NCBI GenBank assembly: GCA_963801165.1
Contig: CAWDDT010000011.1
Coordinates: 384,001-448,000 of the forward strand
Reading direction: 5' to 3'
From: an uncultured bacterium
GTDB lineage: Bacteria; Actinomycetota; Acidimicrobiia; Spongiisociales; UBA5794
Length of the DNA: 64,000 nt
Positions 19,417 through 30,003 of the stretch are shown here, piece after piece (positions within the stretch are counted from its first letter, which is position 1; every line of letters starts with the position of its first letter). A program made the translations under genes and the position numbers. The notes beneath the pieces are model-generated. The model ran no database searches and had not been told where the DNA came from. It worked only from the letters and a program-made list of their open reading frames with translations.

Positions 19417-20367
19417 CGTGGCAGAGGGTTGTCGAGTCTTCGGTCGCGACAACGCATCCAGCGCCGCCTGGACTTGAGTGGTCACCCGGAGCGGATCTTC
19501 CTCGAGATCCCACCACGTGAATCGCAACACGGTCCAGCCGAGCACGACAGCAGAGTTCTGCTTAGAGCGATCACGGCGAAACGTGAGTCTGTCCATGTGG
19601 TGGGCCTCGCTATCGAGCTCGATGAGGATGTGCTCCGTCGGATAGGCGAAATCGGCTCGGCACACGAACCGTCCACCGTGACCCCTAACCGTGTACTGAG
19701 GCTGCGGCTCCGGCAACCCCGCCTCGTGGAGCGTCTCTCGAAAGCGGTCTTCGAGAACGCTCTCGGTAATCGTGTCCCACTTCCTTCGTGCCACGAGAAG
19801 CGGACGTATCACCCCCACACCTCGTCTTCCTCTGCGCGCCACGCGAGCCACGAACGCCTCCACATCTTTCAGAGTGAGCAACTGCCGTCTGATTCCAGTC
19901 TCGAGTGCGCCCTCGACCGCCCACGGGCTGGTCGCCCCGAGATCAACAACCGTTCGAGCCGGGGTTGTGATCGGAAGTCCATCCAGCGTCTTGATATCGG
20001 CGGCGACGAGATCGAGCGATTCGTGGATAGTGACACCGGTCTGCGGCACCCTGTCCCATCGCGTGGTAACGACCTCTAGGTGCCGGGCTTCCCCGGTGAC
20101 GAGCCCCCACATCTCGGCCGCGGCTCGGTGCGATACCGCGACTAAACCAGGCATGGAGAGCACGGCAATCGTCAGCCTCTGTTCTCCCGTGGATGGGCAA
20201 CCGCCAACGACAAACACAGCTGGGGCTGCCCGGCGAAATCGTCCTGCCACAACACCATCACTGAGTGTGCTGTCGGCGATTCCTAATCTTCGCGCATCAG
20301 CTCTGGTGAAAACGCCATGGTGATCGGCGGCGAACTCCGACAGTTGGTGATAGCTCTGTTTCTTCAT
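19405..20367 (-). CDS. AbiEi-like antitoxin N-terminal domain plus DUF559 (Vsr-like endonuclease) protein
   Basis: HHGVFTRADA, VSHRAAA, TTPARTVVDL, ESVLEDRF, RADFAYP..LIELDSEAHH..DRSKQN..GWTVLRFTW. Confidence 0.85.
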   Translation of the reverse strand: MKKQSYHQLSEFAADHHGVFTRADARRLGIADSTLSDGVVAGRFRRAAPAVFVVGGCPSTGEQRLTIAVLSMPGLVAVSHRAAAEMWGLVTGEARHLEVVTTRWDRVPQTGVTIHESLDLVAADIKTLDGLPITTPARTVVDLGATSPWAVEGALETGIRRQLLTLKDVEAFVARVARRGRRGVGVIRPLLVARRKWDTITESVLEDRFRETLHEAGLPEPQPQYTVRGHGGRFVCRADFAYPTEHILIELDSEAHHMDRLTFRRDRSKQNSAVVLGWTVLRFTWWDLEEDPLRVTTQVQAALDALSRPKTRQPSATLSA

Positions 20368-20412
20368 GCCACCAATATGAGCTGTCGGACCGACATGCAC
20401 CCGCCACCCGCC

Positions 20413-20457
20413 CTTGCGGCGTAGACCGTGCCGGGATACCGGCACGGTCTACGCAAG
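20413..20457. repeat. REP-like palindrome, right copy
   Basis: GCGTAGACCGTGCCGG-gata-CCGGCACGGTCTACGC, a perfect 16-bp stem at 20419-20454. Confidence 0.88.
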
Positions 20458-20473
20458 TTCGGTAGGGGCGGCG

Positions 20474-23035
20474 CTACTCGTAGGCGATGGATTCGAGGAT
20501 GTTGAGCTTGGCCGCACGGCGGGCGGGGAGGATGGCTGCCAGCAAGCCGGCAACGACACCGAACAGCACCAGCCCGATGATCTGACCCGTCGGAATCGAC
20601 AGGACATCGATGCCCTGGGAGGACAACGCCGACGTGACAACCACCCCGAAGAACAAACCCAGCACCACACCGAGCAAAGCACCGATGACGGCGACGATGA
20701 TCGCCTCCCACCGGATCATTCTGCGTATCTGGCCCCTCGTCATGCCGACCGCCCGCAGCAGCCCGATCTCACGGGTCCGCTCGAAGACGGACAGTGCGAG
20801 AGTGTTCGTGATGCCGACCATGGCGATGATCACAGCCAGCGCCAGCAGCGCGTTGAACATCACGAGAATCGTATCCACCTGCGCAGCCTGCGACTTCCGG
20901 TATTCGGTCTGATCGCGCACCTCGACATTCGGATAGTCGGCGGCGGCGGCCTCGACAACGGCCCGCGATGCCTCCGGGGATACGCCATCTGCTGCCTTGA
21001 CCGCCAGCACGTAATCAACGTCGGTGCCGAAGCCCTCGAAGTTGGCCTTGTAGGTATCCATGCCTATCAGGTAGTTCGACTGGACGACGGCCGCCTCGGT
21101 GTAGATGCCGACGATCGGCATCTGTTGAAGCCCGGTTGTCGCCAGCCCCATAGGTACTGTGTCGCCGACGGTCCAGCCCTCGTTGTCGGCAATGTCTTTC
21201 TGGACGAAAACGCCGCCGTCAGCGAGCGCAGCGATGGACCCATCGACAACACCGAGCTCTATGGTCTGCTCGACCGTGTCTGTGTCGATGCCCATGACGA
21301 AATCCTCGGTGCCGTTGTTGTCCCAGTAACCGAACCGAAGCGCAGAGACTGCTGCGATCTCCGGGGCTTTGCTGATGGTCTCTCCCAGCAGGGGACTGAA
21401 GCCACCGCTGAAGCCATTCACGCTGAGCACGTAGTCGGCACGAAGGCCCTTCTCGATAGCGGCGCTGGCAGATGCCTTGATCGAGCTGCCAAGTACGAAG
21501 AAGAACCCGACCAGCGCCAGCCCGATCATCAGAGCCGATGCGGTAGTAGCAGTGCGGCGGGGCTTGCGGGTCGTATTCTCGATCGCGAGTGTCCCGGTCA
21601 GGTTGTCGAGCCTGGGAAGGGGCCAGCCGAGCGTGCGAGCCACCGGTTTGACCACTCGCGAACTGAGCAGGCTGACGGCAAGGAACACTAAGAGCGCCCC
21701 GACGCCAACCGCCGACAGCTCATTGAGCGGACCTAGAGCGACGACATAGCCGAACAACCCGTCGACAACCAAAGCCAGACCAACGGCTAAAACGATCGAG
21801 CCGATGATGGTGCGCTTCCGATCCGACATCCGCAGCCGGACGTCGACATCCTGAAGCGCCGCCACGGGTGGAATCCGCGATGCCCGGATCGCCGGCAGCA
21901 CCGCGGCCGCCAGCGTCACAATGACACCCACCGAGAGCGCAACGACGATGGTGCGCATGGCCAGCGGAGCGGCCGTCGACGGCATGTCGAAACCGATCGC
22001 GCCCATAACCGCTGTGAGCCCGCGGGCGATCACGAAGCCGAGCGCGATACCGAGTATCGAGGCAACGAGTGCCACCAGCAGCGCTTCGATGACCACCATC
22101 CAAATGACCTGGGTACCGGTGGCTCCCACGGCACGCAGCAACGCCAACTCCTTCTGGCGCTGCCTGACGATGATGCGGAACGTGTTCTGGATGATGAAAG
22201 AGGCGACGAACACCGAGACGGCGGCAAAGACGAGCAGCGCAGTGTTCAAGAAGCCCAGGCTCTCGGACAACGCCTGGGATTGCGAGGCTGACTCATCTGC
22301 GGCGGTCACGGCTTCGATACCTGCGGGCAGAGCCGCGGCGATGCTGTTTCGCAGTATGCCGGCACTCGTACCGTCTTCGGCGACGACCGAGATCGTGGAG
22401 TACTGCCCCTGGAGACCGAACAGCTCCTGTGCCGTCTTCAGGTCGAACCCGGCCCACGTTGCTCCCGACAGGTTGTCGGAGTCACCGAAACGCAACGTGG
22501 CGACGATCTCATACTCGGCGACCTTTTCCGGGGTTTGCACCTTGACGACGTCGCCAACGTGGAGATCATGGTCGTCGGCCGTGCGGGCATCGATAGCCAC
22601 CTCGTTGGGTGCCGTTGGAACCCGGCCATCGCGGAGGCCGATGTTGCCGGAGAGGCGGAGATCACCCGTCATCGAGCCGCCAATTGTCGGCGGACCGGTG
22701 GGCACAATCGCCTTGTCTTCCCTGTCGTAGATGATCGCAAAGCCGCCGACGCCGCCTTCGGCTGCGGCGACTCCCGGGACCGAAAGAACGGTGTCGAGAA
22801 CGCTCTCGTCCATGGGCGGTGGCCCGCTGAAACCAACGTCGAACTCGCTGGCCGATTGAACGATGACGTCCTGGCCGGCATAAATGTTGTCGTACATCTG
22901 GCTGAATGTCTTGTCGATGGTGTCGGTGAAGATGTAGGTACCGGCGACGAAGGCGACGCCAATCATCACCGACAGCGCCGTCAATACCAGACGTAGCTTG
23001 TGGGCAAAGGCAGTCTTGAGTGCTGTGCGGATCAT
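20474..23035 (-). CDS. FtsX/MacB-family ABC transporter permease (double domain)
   Basis: IQNTFRIIVRQRQKELALLRAVGAT and NTLALSVFERTREIGLLRAVGM. Confidence 0.93.
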   Translation of the reverse strand: MIRTALKTAFAHKLRLVLTALSVMIGVAFVAGTYIFTDTIDKTFSQMYDNIYAGQDVIVQSASEFDVGFSGPPPMDESVLDTVLSVPGVAAAEGGVGGFAIIYDREDKAIVPTGPPTIGGSMTGDLRLSGNIGLRDGRVPTAPNEVAIDARTADDHDLHVGDVVKVQTPEKVAEYEIVATLRFGDSDNLSGATWAGFDLKTAQELFGLQGQYSTISVVAEDGTSAGILRNSIAAALPAGIEAVTAADESASQSQALSESLGFLNTALLVFAAVSVFVASFIIQNTFRIIVRQRQKELALLRAVGATGTQVIWMVVIEALLVALVASILGIALGFVIARGLTAVMGAIGFDMPSTAAPLAMRTIVVALSVGVIVTLAAAVLPAIRASRIPPVAALQDVDVRLRMSDRKRTIIGSIVLAVGLALVVDGLFGYVVALGPLNELSAVGVGALLVFLAVSLLSSRVVKPVARTLGWPLPRLDNLTGTLAIENTTRKPRRTATTASALMIGLALVGFFFVLGSSIKASASAAIEKGLRADYVLSVNGFSGGFSPLLGETISKAPEIAAVSALRFGYWDNNGTEDFVMGIDTDTVEQTIELGVVDGSIAALADGGVFVQKDIADNEGWTVGDTVPMGLATTGLQQMPIVGIYTEAAVVQSNYLIGMDTYKANFEGFGTDVDYVLAVKAADGVSPEASRAVVEAAAADYPNVEVRDQTEYRKSQAAQVDTILVMFNALLALAVIIAMVGITNTLALSVFERTREIGLLRAVGMTRGQIRRMIRWEAIIVAVIGALLGVVLGLFFGVVVTSALSSQGIDVLSIPTGQIIGLVLFGVVAGLLAAILPARRAAKLNILESIAYE

Positions 23036-23038
23036 GTC

Positions 23039-23785
23039 CTAACCCCCAAACGTGCGCATGCGGTCGATGACGCTGTCGGGGGTCGGATCGTCCAGCTCGT
23101 CGACGACCTTGCCGTCCTCGAGGAAAACCACCCGGTCCGCATAGGACGCCGCCACCGGATCATGGGTGACCATGACGATGGTCTGGCCGAACTCCTTGAC
23201 CGCCCGGCGCATGAAGTCGAGCAACTCGGCAGCGGATTTCGAATCTAGGTTCCCGCTCGGCTCGTCGGCAAACACGATGGCGGGCCGTGAGACCAGCGCA
23301 CGGGCCGCGGCGACCCGTTGCTGCTGGCCACCAGAGAGCTCAGAAGGCCGATGGCTCAACCGATCGGCCAGTCCGAGGATGTCGACGATCTGGTCGAACC
23401 AGGCCTCGTCGTGGTCCTCTCCCGCAATCAGCAGCGGCAGCAGCACGTTCTCACGGGCGTTCAGCGTCGGAATCAGGTTGAACGCCTGGAATACGAAACC
23501 GACCTTCTTGCGTCGCAACAGCGTGAGATCCTTGTCGCTGAGCGGTCCGAGCTCGGTATCGCCGATGAACACCTTCCCCGACGTGAGCTCGTCCAGACCG
23601 GCAACACAGTGCAACAACGTCGACTTGCCGCTGCCCGACGGGCCCATGATGGCCGTGAACACGCCGGTCTCGAATTCGGCGGACACCCCATTGAGGGCTC
23701 GCACCTCGGTGTGACCCTCGCCATAGATCTTGTATGCGTCTTCGATCCGAGCGGCGAGCCGCGTCGGAGTCTCCACTGTCGTCAT
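23039..23785 (-). CDS. ABC transporter ATP-binding protein (LolD-like)
   Basis: GPSGSGKS, LSGGQQQR, FADEPSGNLD. Confidence 0.95.
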   Translation of the reverse strand: MTTVETPTRLAARIEDAYKIYGEGHTEVRALNGVSAEFETGVFTAIMGPSGSGKSTLLHCVAGLDELTSGKVFIGDTELGPLSDKDLTLLRRKKVGFVFQAFNLIPTLNARENVLLPLLIAGEDHDEAWFDQIVDILGLADRLSHRPSELSGGQQQRVAAARALVSRPAIVFADEPSGNLDSKSAAELLDFMRRAVKEFGQTIVMVTHDPVAASYADRVVFLEDGKVVDELDDPTPDSVIDRMRTFGG

Positions 23786-23909
23786 GCGGGATTTCCTCTC
23801 CTGATCCGGGTACCGCCTGAACCGTATGGCATTGCGGGTCGGTTGACGTCGGCCGGACGGTCGATTCCATCTCATCCCGAAGGACGATTCGGGGTCGTAA
23901 GATCTGGAG

Positions 23910-24617
23910 ATGACAGCAACAGTCTTTGTCCACGGCGCCGGCTTGAGCAGCTCGTGCTGGACCTACCAGACACGCTTCTTCGCCGATTCGGTTGCGGTGG
24001 ACCTGCCGGGCCACGGCGAGTCCGACGGTCCGGCATTCGTCTCGATCTCCGACTATGCCCGCTGGCTAGGGGAGGACATCCGCCGCTCCGGCCCTGCGCC
24101 GGTCACGCTGATAGGGCACTCTATGGGGTCGTTGGTCGCGCTCGAGACTGCGGCCCACAACCCGGATATGGTTGCTCGCCTCGTTCTCATCGGCACGTCC
24201 GCCACCATGCAGGTCAACCCTGACCTGCTCGCGGCGGCGAAGGCCCGGGACGCGTCGGCGGCGGCAATGGTGATCAAGTGGACGCTGCCGAGCGCCAGCG
24301 GGTACGGCCGGCCTAAGAAGTGGCTGCTCGCAATCTCGGATGATCTCATGAACACGGCAGCCAGTGGAGTCATGGCGAGCGACCTCACGGCATGTTCCGA
24401 ATACACCGAGGCGATCGCCATGGCCGAGAGGGTTCGCTGCCCGGTGCTTCTCGTGCTCGGCGAGAACGACAAAATGACGCCCCCGCCCGGCGCCCAGCCG
24501 TTGGCGGCCGCCATCACCGATGCCCGCATCGTCGTCATCGAGAAGGTGGGTCACATGCTGCAGCTGGAGAAACCCGCCGAGGTCAACGACGCAATCAGCC
24601 TGTTCTTGGAAATGTGA
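23910..24617 (+). CDS. Alpha/beta hydrolase
   Basis: VFVHGAG, DLPGHG, GHSMG, GHMLQLE. Confidence 0.9.
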   Translation: MTATVFVHGAGLSSSCWTYQTRFFADSVAVDLPGHGESDGPAFVSISDYARWLGEDIRRSGPAPVTLIGHSMGSLVALETAAHNPDMVARLVLIGTSATMQVNPDLLAAAKARDASAAAMVIKWTLPSASGYGRPKKWLLAISDDLMNTAASGVMASDLTACSEYTEAIAMAERVRCPVLLVLGENDKMTPPPGAQPLAAAITDARIVVIEKVGHMLQLEKPAEVNDAISLFLEM

Positions 24618-25468
24618 CTGATACCCCTATCACGACATCGCGGCTACGTTGGGCAGCGATGTTGACAAAGCCTCTTGGAACGGTCGTTCTCGTGACGATC
24701 CTGAGCACGGGGTGCAGCTCCGGCTCGCCATCCGACGCCCTGGCGGCGCCGACGACACACACCTTGCCCGCAACCACCGCCGCGACCACCGCCGCGTTTG
24801 CCCCGACTAGCACGCTCGACCCTTCCGCCCCGGCGACTACACACGTCCCTGTTCCGCCCCCGACGACAACCCCACCGTTGCCGACCACGACGACGACTAC
24901 AGAGCCGCCCCACTTCGAGTACTCGGTTGTGCCCGTGACGGAGGAGACTGTGGCGCTCACGTGGCGTGTGGGATGCCCGCTCGACTGGTCCGAGCTGTCG
25001 CTGTTGACGCTGGCATACTGGGGTTTCGACGGGGAGGCCAAACAGGGGCAGATGGTGGTCAACACGGAGGTCGTCGATGACGTCGTGACCGCTTTCGAGG
25101 GTTTGTTCGAGATCGGATTCCCCATCGAGCGCATGGCTCTGGTCGACGACTACGGCGGCGACGACAAGGCGGCGATGGCGGCCGACGTCACATCCGGGTT
25201 CAACTGCCGCTTCGTCGACGGCACCGAACGCTGGTCGAACCACGCGTTCGGGCTGGCCGTCGACATCAACCCGCTCATCAACCCCTGGGCGCGCGAAGGC
25301 AACGTGCTCCCGCTCGAAGGGACGCCGTACGCCGCGCGCGACAACCCGACTCCGGGGATGATCAACCTCGGTGACGCTGCCATCGACATCTTTGCCGGCG
25401 TGGGATGGTCCTGGGGTGGGGTCTGGACGTCACCCGACTACATGCATTTCTCCCAGCCGGGAAACTGA
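24614..25468 (+). CDS. M15-family D,D-carboxypeptidase-like lipoprotein
   Basis: STGC lipobox, Pro/Thr linker, [22 protein letters not shown]. Confidence 0.85.
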   Translation: MTDTPITTSRLRWAAMLTKPLGTVVLVTILSTGCSSGSPSDALAAPTTHTLPATTAATTAAFAPTSTLDPSAPATTHVPVPPPTTTPPLPTTTTTTEPPHFEYSVVPVTEETVALTWRVGCPLDWSELSLLTLAYWGFDGEAKQGQMVVNTEVVDDVVTAFEGLFEIGFPIERMALVDDYGGDDKAAMAADVTSGFNCRFVDGTERWSNHAFGLAVDINPLINPWAREGNVLPLEGTPYAARDNPTPGMINLGDAAIDIFAGVGWSWGGVWTSPDYMHFSQPGN

Positions 25469-25483
25469 GAGCGAATACCCGAT

Positions 25484-25505
25484 ACCAAACGAACGTTCGT
25501 TTGGT
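25484..25505. promoter_or_regulatory. 22-bp perfect palindrome, probable PaaR (TetR-family) operator next to the paaA -10 box
   Basis: ACCAAACGAACGTTCGTTTGGT directly followed by TAGCAT (25506-25511). Confidence 0.75.
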
Positions 25506-25518
25506 TAGCATGAACCGG

Positions 25519-26439
25519 ATGACCCAACACCTGTTCGACGCGACCATTGCTGCCGACGAGAAGGTCGAGCCGCGGGATTGGATGCCGGACGACTACCGCA
25601 GGACATTGATCCGGCAGATCGCCCAGCACGCCCACTCCGAGGTCATCGGTATGCAGCCGGAGGGGAACTGGATCACGAGGGCACCCAGCCTGAAACGCAA
25701 GGCGATCCTGATCGCCAAGGTCCAGGACGAAGCGGGTCACGGCCTCTATTTGTACTCGGCTGCCGAGACGCTCGGAGTGTCCCGTCACGAACTCGTCGAC
25801 CTTCTGCACGCCGGGAAGCAGAAATACTCGTCGATCTTCAACTATCCCACCCTGAGCTGGGCGGACATCGGCACCATCGGCTGGCTGGTCGACGGCGCCG
25901 CAATCACCAACCAGGTGATGCTTACCCGAACCTCATATGGCCCGTACGCCAGGGCTATGCACCGGATCTGCCGCGAGGAGAGCTTTCACCAACGCCAGGG
26001 GTACGAGATAATCCTGACATTGGCCCGCGGCTCCGCCGAGCAAAAGGCGCTGGCCCAGGATTCGCTCGATCGCTGGTGGTGGCCTTCGTTGATGATGTTC
26101 GGGCCGCACGACGAGGACTCTCCCCACACCAGACAGTCGATGGAGTGGAAGATCAAGCGCATCAGCAACGACGACCTGCGCCGCCAGTTCGTCGACGCCA
26201 CCGTCCCCCAGGCCGAGTACGCCGGTCTCACCATCCCCGACCCGGATCTTCGCTGGAACGAGGAGCGCGGTCACTACGACTTCGGGGAGATCGACTGGGA
26301 CGAGTTCTGGAATGTGCTGCGCGGCAACGGTCCCTGCAACCGGGACCGGATCGAGCACAAGCGCAGAGCCTGGGATGAAGGCGCCTGGGTCCGGGAGGCC
26401 GCCGCCGCGTACGCAGCCAAACAAGACGCCACGCCATGA
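25519..26439 (+). CDS. paaA: Phenylacetyl-CoA epoxidase subunit A
   Basis: [35 protein letters not shown]; start 25519 (leaderless) or 25510. Confidence 0.96.
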   Translation: MTQHLFDATIAADEKVEPRDWMPDDYRRTLIRQIAQHAHSEVIGMQPEGNWITRAPSLKRKAILIAKVQDEAGHGLYLYSAAETLGVSRHELVDLLHAGKQKYSSIFNYPTLSWADIGTIGWLVDGAAITNQVMLTRTSYGPYARAMHRICREESFHQRQGYEIILTLARGSAEQKALAQDSLDRWWWPSLMMFGPHDEDSPHTRQSMEWKIKRISNDDLRRQFVDATVPQAEYAGLTIPDPDLRWNEERGHYDFGEIDWDEFWNVLRGNGPCNRDRIEHKRRAWDEGAWVREAAAAYAAKQDATP

Positions 26440-27002
26440 GCTACGACGTCCCACACATGGAGGGTGAGGCCGAGGTCGGCTTCGCAGCGGCAGACGGTGA
26501 CGACGGTTGGCCACGCTGGGAGGTCTTTGTCCGGCAGGGCGGCGGGCTCACCCATGTGTACTCGGAGTCGGTTCATGCCCCGGACGCCGAGACGGCACTG
26601 CTCAACGCCCGCGACACCTACCTGCGACGCATCGAGGGTGTGAGCCTGTGGGTGACCCCGGCGACTGCGGTCACGGCGTGGGAATCTGATCAACCCGGTC
26701 CGGCTGCTCCCGCAGAGACGGGCGGTGAGAGCATCCTGTGGGAGGTATTTGTCCGTCATCGCCGTGGCCTGGCCCATGTCCATGCGGGCTCGCTCCCCGC
26801 GGCGACGTCGGGCGACGCCATCACCCGCGCCCGGCAGGTGTACGTCACCCGGGATGAAGGGGTGAGCGTCTGGGTGATCCCGTCGAGCCGGATCTACGCC
26901 GCCGATCCGGCAGACGCAGAAGCGATGTTTGCACCGTTTCGTGACAAGGAGTACCGCTACCCCACGTACTACGACATACCCGACGAAGTGGGATACATGT
27001 GA
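26436..27002 (+). CDS. paaB: Phenylacetyl-CoA epoxidase subunit B, tandem double-domain form
   Basis: Two WEVFVR..GLxHV..S..A..AR..Y..R.EGVS.WV units, then [10 protein letters not shown]. Confidence 0.88.
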   Translation: MSYDVPHMEGEAEVGFAAADGDDGWPRWEVFVRQGGGLTHVYSESVHAPDAETALLNARDTYLRRIEGVSLWVTPATAVTAWESDQPGPAAPAETGGESILWEVFVRHRRGLAHVHAGSLPAATSGDAITRARQVYVTRDEGVSVWVIPSSRIYAADPADAEAMFAPFRDKEYRYPTYYDIPDEVGYM

Positions 27003-27748
27003 GCGCGCTCACCGACTACCTCATCCGGCACGCCGACGACAATCTGGTGCTGTCGCAGCGACTGGCGGAGTACGTCTCGCACGCCCCGGAGCTGGAAGAG
27101 GATCTTGCTATCGCCAACATCGCCCTTGATCATCTCGGCGTGGCCACACATCTCCTGGAGTACGCCGCCGCTGTCGGCGACACCGGCAAGACCGCAGATG
27201 AGTTGGCCTTCCTCCGCAGCGAACGCGAGTTCACCAACCTCCTCCTCGTCGAGCAACCCAACGGCGACTTCGCCCACATCATGGTCAGACAGTTCCTGTT
27301 CGATGCCTACCAACGGGAGCTCTGGGACGCCCTGGCACACTCCACCGACCACACCGTCGCCGGAATCGCGGCCAAAGCCTCCAAGGAGGCGGCCTACCAC
27401 GTGCGGCACTCGCACGGCTGGCTCGTGCGCCTCGGTGACGGAACAACAGAGAGTCACCTGCGAATGGAGCAGGCCATTGCGGATCTGTGGCGGTTCGTGG
27501 ATGAGATGTTCGACACCGATTCGCTCGACGAGAAGATGACCACAGCGGGGATGGGCGTGGCGCCTGCGGCGCTGCGGGGGGCGTGGGAGGCACTGGTCGA
27601 CGCAACCCTCGAGGAAGCGACGCTGCACCATGGCCCCGTTGACCCCCAGCGCCGCGGCGGTCGGAGTGGGTTTCACACCGAACACCTGGGCCACTTGCTC
27701 ACCGAAATGCAATGGATGCAACGCTCCTATCCGGGTCTGGAGTGGTGA
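26999..27748 (+). CDS. paaC: Phenylacetyl-CoA epoxidase subunit C
   Basis: APELEEDLAIANIALD, LLLVEQPNGDFA, KEAAYH, RLGDGTTES, HTEHLG. Confidence 0.95.
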   Translation: MSALTDYLIRHADDNLVLSQRLAEYVSHAPELEEDLAIANIALDHLGVATHLLEYAAAVGDTGKTADELAFLRSEREFTNLLLVEQPNGDFAHIMVRQFLFDAYQRELWDALAHSTDHTVAGIAAKASKEAAYHVRHSHGWLVRLGDGTTESHLRMEQAIADLWRFVDEMFDTDSLDEKMTTAGMGVAPAALRGAWEALVDATLEEATLHHGPVDPQRRGGRSGFHTEHLGHLLTEMQWMQRSYPGLEW

Positions 27749-28206
27749 TGGACACCCGGGAGCTACGTACGGTGCTGGCCGCGGTGGTCGATCCCGAGAT
27801 CCCGGTGCTGACGATCGCCGATCTCGGGATCCTGCGGGATGTCACCGAGGATCGCAACGGCTCCGTGCGGGTGACCATCACGCCGACCTACTCGGGGTGC
27901 CCCGCCATGGACCACCTACGCCGTGCGATCGAGCGAACACTGATCGCTGCGGGGTATGACGAGATCGAGATCATCACCACGTTCGAACCCCCGTGGACCA
28001 CTGACTGGATGACCGATGAGGGCCGACGGAAGCTCACAGAGTACGGCATCGCCCCTCCCCGACAGCACCCCGGCGAACCGATCCTCTGCCCGCAATGTCG
28101 TAGCGCCTCGAGCCGCGTCGTCTCGGAGTTCGGTGCCACCGCGTGCAAGGCTCTTCACGTCTGCTCGGCGTGCGGCGAGCCGTTCGATCATTTCAAGGAG
28201 ATCTGA
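27748..28206 (+). CDS. paaD: Phenylacetyl-CoA epoxidase subunit D
   Basis: DPEIPVLTIADLGILR, TPTYSGCPAM, CPQC, FGATACKAL..C..CGEPFDHFK. Confidence 0.95.
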   Translation: MDTRELRTVLAAVVDPEIPVLTIADLGILRDVTEDRNGSVRVTITPTYSGCPAMDHLRRAIERTLIAAGYDEIEIITTFEPPWTTDWMTDEGRRKLTEYGIAPPRQHPGEPILCPQCRSASSRVVSEFGATACKALHVCSACGEPFDHFKEI

Positions 28207-28207
28207 C

Positions 28208-29278
28208 GTGGCCGACGTGGTCTACCACTCGCTCGCAGTCGCCGCGATCGAAGAGCTCACAGACGACGCGGTGGCGGTCACGTTCGCAGTGCCGGAAACG
28301 CTCGCCGCGACCTTTCGGTTCGCTCCGGGCCAGCACATCGGCGTAAAAGCCGAGATCGATGGGCAAGATGTGCGCCGCACCTACTCGGTGTGCACCGACC
28401 CCGGCGAGAACCGGCTGCGCATCGGCGTGAAGCGGATCCCGGGCGGGGCGTTCTCGACGTATGCGACGAGCCGACTCCGGCCGGGCGACCACCTCGAGGT
28501 CGCTGCGCCGTATGGTGATTTCGTCATCGCTCCTGAGCCGGGCACGCTGCGCCACTACGCCGCGGTTGCAGCCGGGAGCGGGATCACACCGGTACTGGCG
28601 ATGGTCGCTGCGGTGCTCAACACGGAGCAGGAGAGCAGGTTCACTCTATTGTTCGGCAATCGCACGTCGACGTCGATCATGTTCCTCGAGGAACTCGAAG
28701 GTCTCAAGGATCGCTACCCGGATCGGTTCCATCTGATCCACGTCTTGTCCCGGGAGGCACAGATCGTTCCCATCCTCTCCGGACGCCTCGACGAGCCGAA
28801 GCTCGAAGACCTCTTCACGACTCTCGTCGATGTCGATTCGGTGGATGGCTGGTATCTGTGCGGGCCGTTCGAGATGGTGGAAGCCACGCGGAACGTGCTT
28901 GCCGACCATGGTGTAGATCCGGCGGCGATCCACGATGAGCTCTTCTTCTCGGAGCCGACGCCACCTGCGCCACCCTCGACAGTGGAGGATGCGGTGGGCG
29001 CGGTACGGCTTCGCTTCACGCTCGACGGCCGGACCACCGCAACCGCCGTGGACCCGGACGGACCTCCGATCCTCTCCTATGCGCTCGCCGAACGCCGGGA
29101 CACCCCTTTCAGCTGCCGGGGCGGCATGTGCACGACCTGCAAGGCGCAGGTGATCGAGGGAGCGGTGAAGATGGATCTCAACTTTGCCCTCACCGCCGAA
29201 GATCTCGCCAAGGGCTACATCCTCACCTGCCAGGCACACCCGACGAGCGAGAAACTGGAGATCACCTACGACGTCTAG
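28208..29278 (+). CDS. paaE: Phenylacetyl-CoA epoxidase reductase subunit E
   Basis: RRTYS, AAGSGITP, YLCGP, CRGGMCTTC..LTCQ 2Fe-2S motif. Confidence 0.93.
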   Translation: MADVVYHSLAVAAIEELTDDAVAVTFAVPETLAATFRFAPGQHIGVKAEIDGQDVRRTYSVCTDPGENRLRIGVKRIPGGAFSTYATSRLRPGDHLEVAAPYGDFVIAPEPGTLRHYAAVAAGSGITPVLAMVAAVLNTEQESRFTLLFGNRTSTSIMFLEELEGLKDRYPDRFHLIHVLSREAQIVPILSGRLDEPKLEDLFTTLVDVDSVDGWYLCGPFEMVEATRNVLADHGVDPAAIHDELFFSEPTPPAPPSTVEDAVGAVRLRFTLDGRTTATAVDPDGPPILSYALAERRDTPFSCRGGMCTTCKAQVIEGAVKMDLNFALTAEDLAKGYILTCQAHPTSEKLEITYDV

Positions 29279-29376
29279 GAGACCGTTGAGGATTCCGAGT
29301 TCAGGCTCGTGGCAAGCTCGACAACACCCATTTCTCGGAGCGCGGCGAGCTTTCACCGCGATTGATCAACGACCTC

Positions 29377-29964
29377 CTAGCCAGCCGGGGGCGTAGCCGG
29401 TGGGTACTCGACCTCCCAGGCGAGTGACGCCTCGACCAGGTACTCGCTGACCTCGCGACACCTGTCGAGGATGTCGCAGAGTTCCTCCTGACCGATCATC
29501 ACGTCGACAAGAGACAGCTCGACCCTGCCTACGATCGAGAGGCGGATATCGGACCCTGTTGACAGAGCACCGGTCGACTCGACTCCGGATACCTCGATGG
29601 GAAGGTCGAAGCCGGCGATCCCGGCCAGCTCGGCAGCGAGCACCACCAGATCGGGCGGGGCCTTCATCGTCGGCAGCGCCCAGTTGAAGTAGATCGGCAG
29701 CTCGAAGTCACCGTCCGCCTCTGCGATGTCCTCCTCGTGCTCCTTGACCCAGTCCTCGAGCCGGAGCAGCACCCGTGGCTCGACGTCAAATGCGAGGTTC
29801 AGGTCGAGCGGCCCGTCACACGCCGATTCCGGGTGCAGATCAACCTCGAACGACTGACGCAGCGAGAAGGTCTCTATGAAATGCCGTTCGTCGTGAACAT
29901 GAAATCCGTGCTCGATGGCATGGTCCTTCACGTAGGTGACGAAGCCGGCGATGTCGATAGCCAT
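29377..29964 (-). CDS. Hypothetical acidic protein
   Basis: 195-aa ORF with coding-like composition; TAGCAT box just upstream of ATG. Confidence 0.7.
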   Translation of the reverse strand: MAIDIAGFVTYVKDHAIEHGFHVHDERHFIETFSLRQSFEVDLHPESACDGPLDLNLAFDVEPRVLLRLEDWVKEHEEDIAEADGDFELPIYFNWALPTMKAPPDLVVLAAELAGIAGFDLPIEVSGVESTGALSTGSDIRLSIVGRVELSLVDVMIGQEELCDILDRCREVSEYLVEASLAWEVEYPPATPPAG

Positions 29965-30003
29965 GACTCGATGCTACCGGCTGATAGCACAATGACACAC
30001 CCC

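Noticed and set aside
19405-20367. Complete type IV toxin-antitoxin system
   Set aside because: No AbiEii nucleotidyltransferase toxin gene is adjacent
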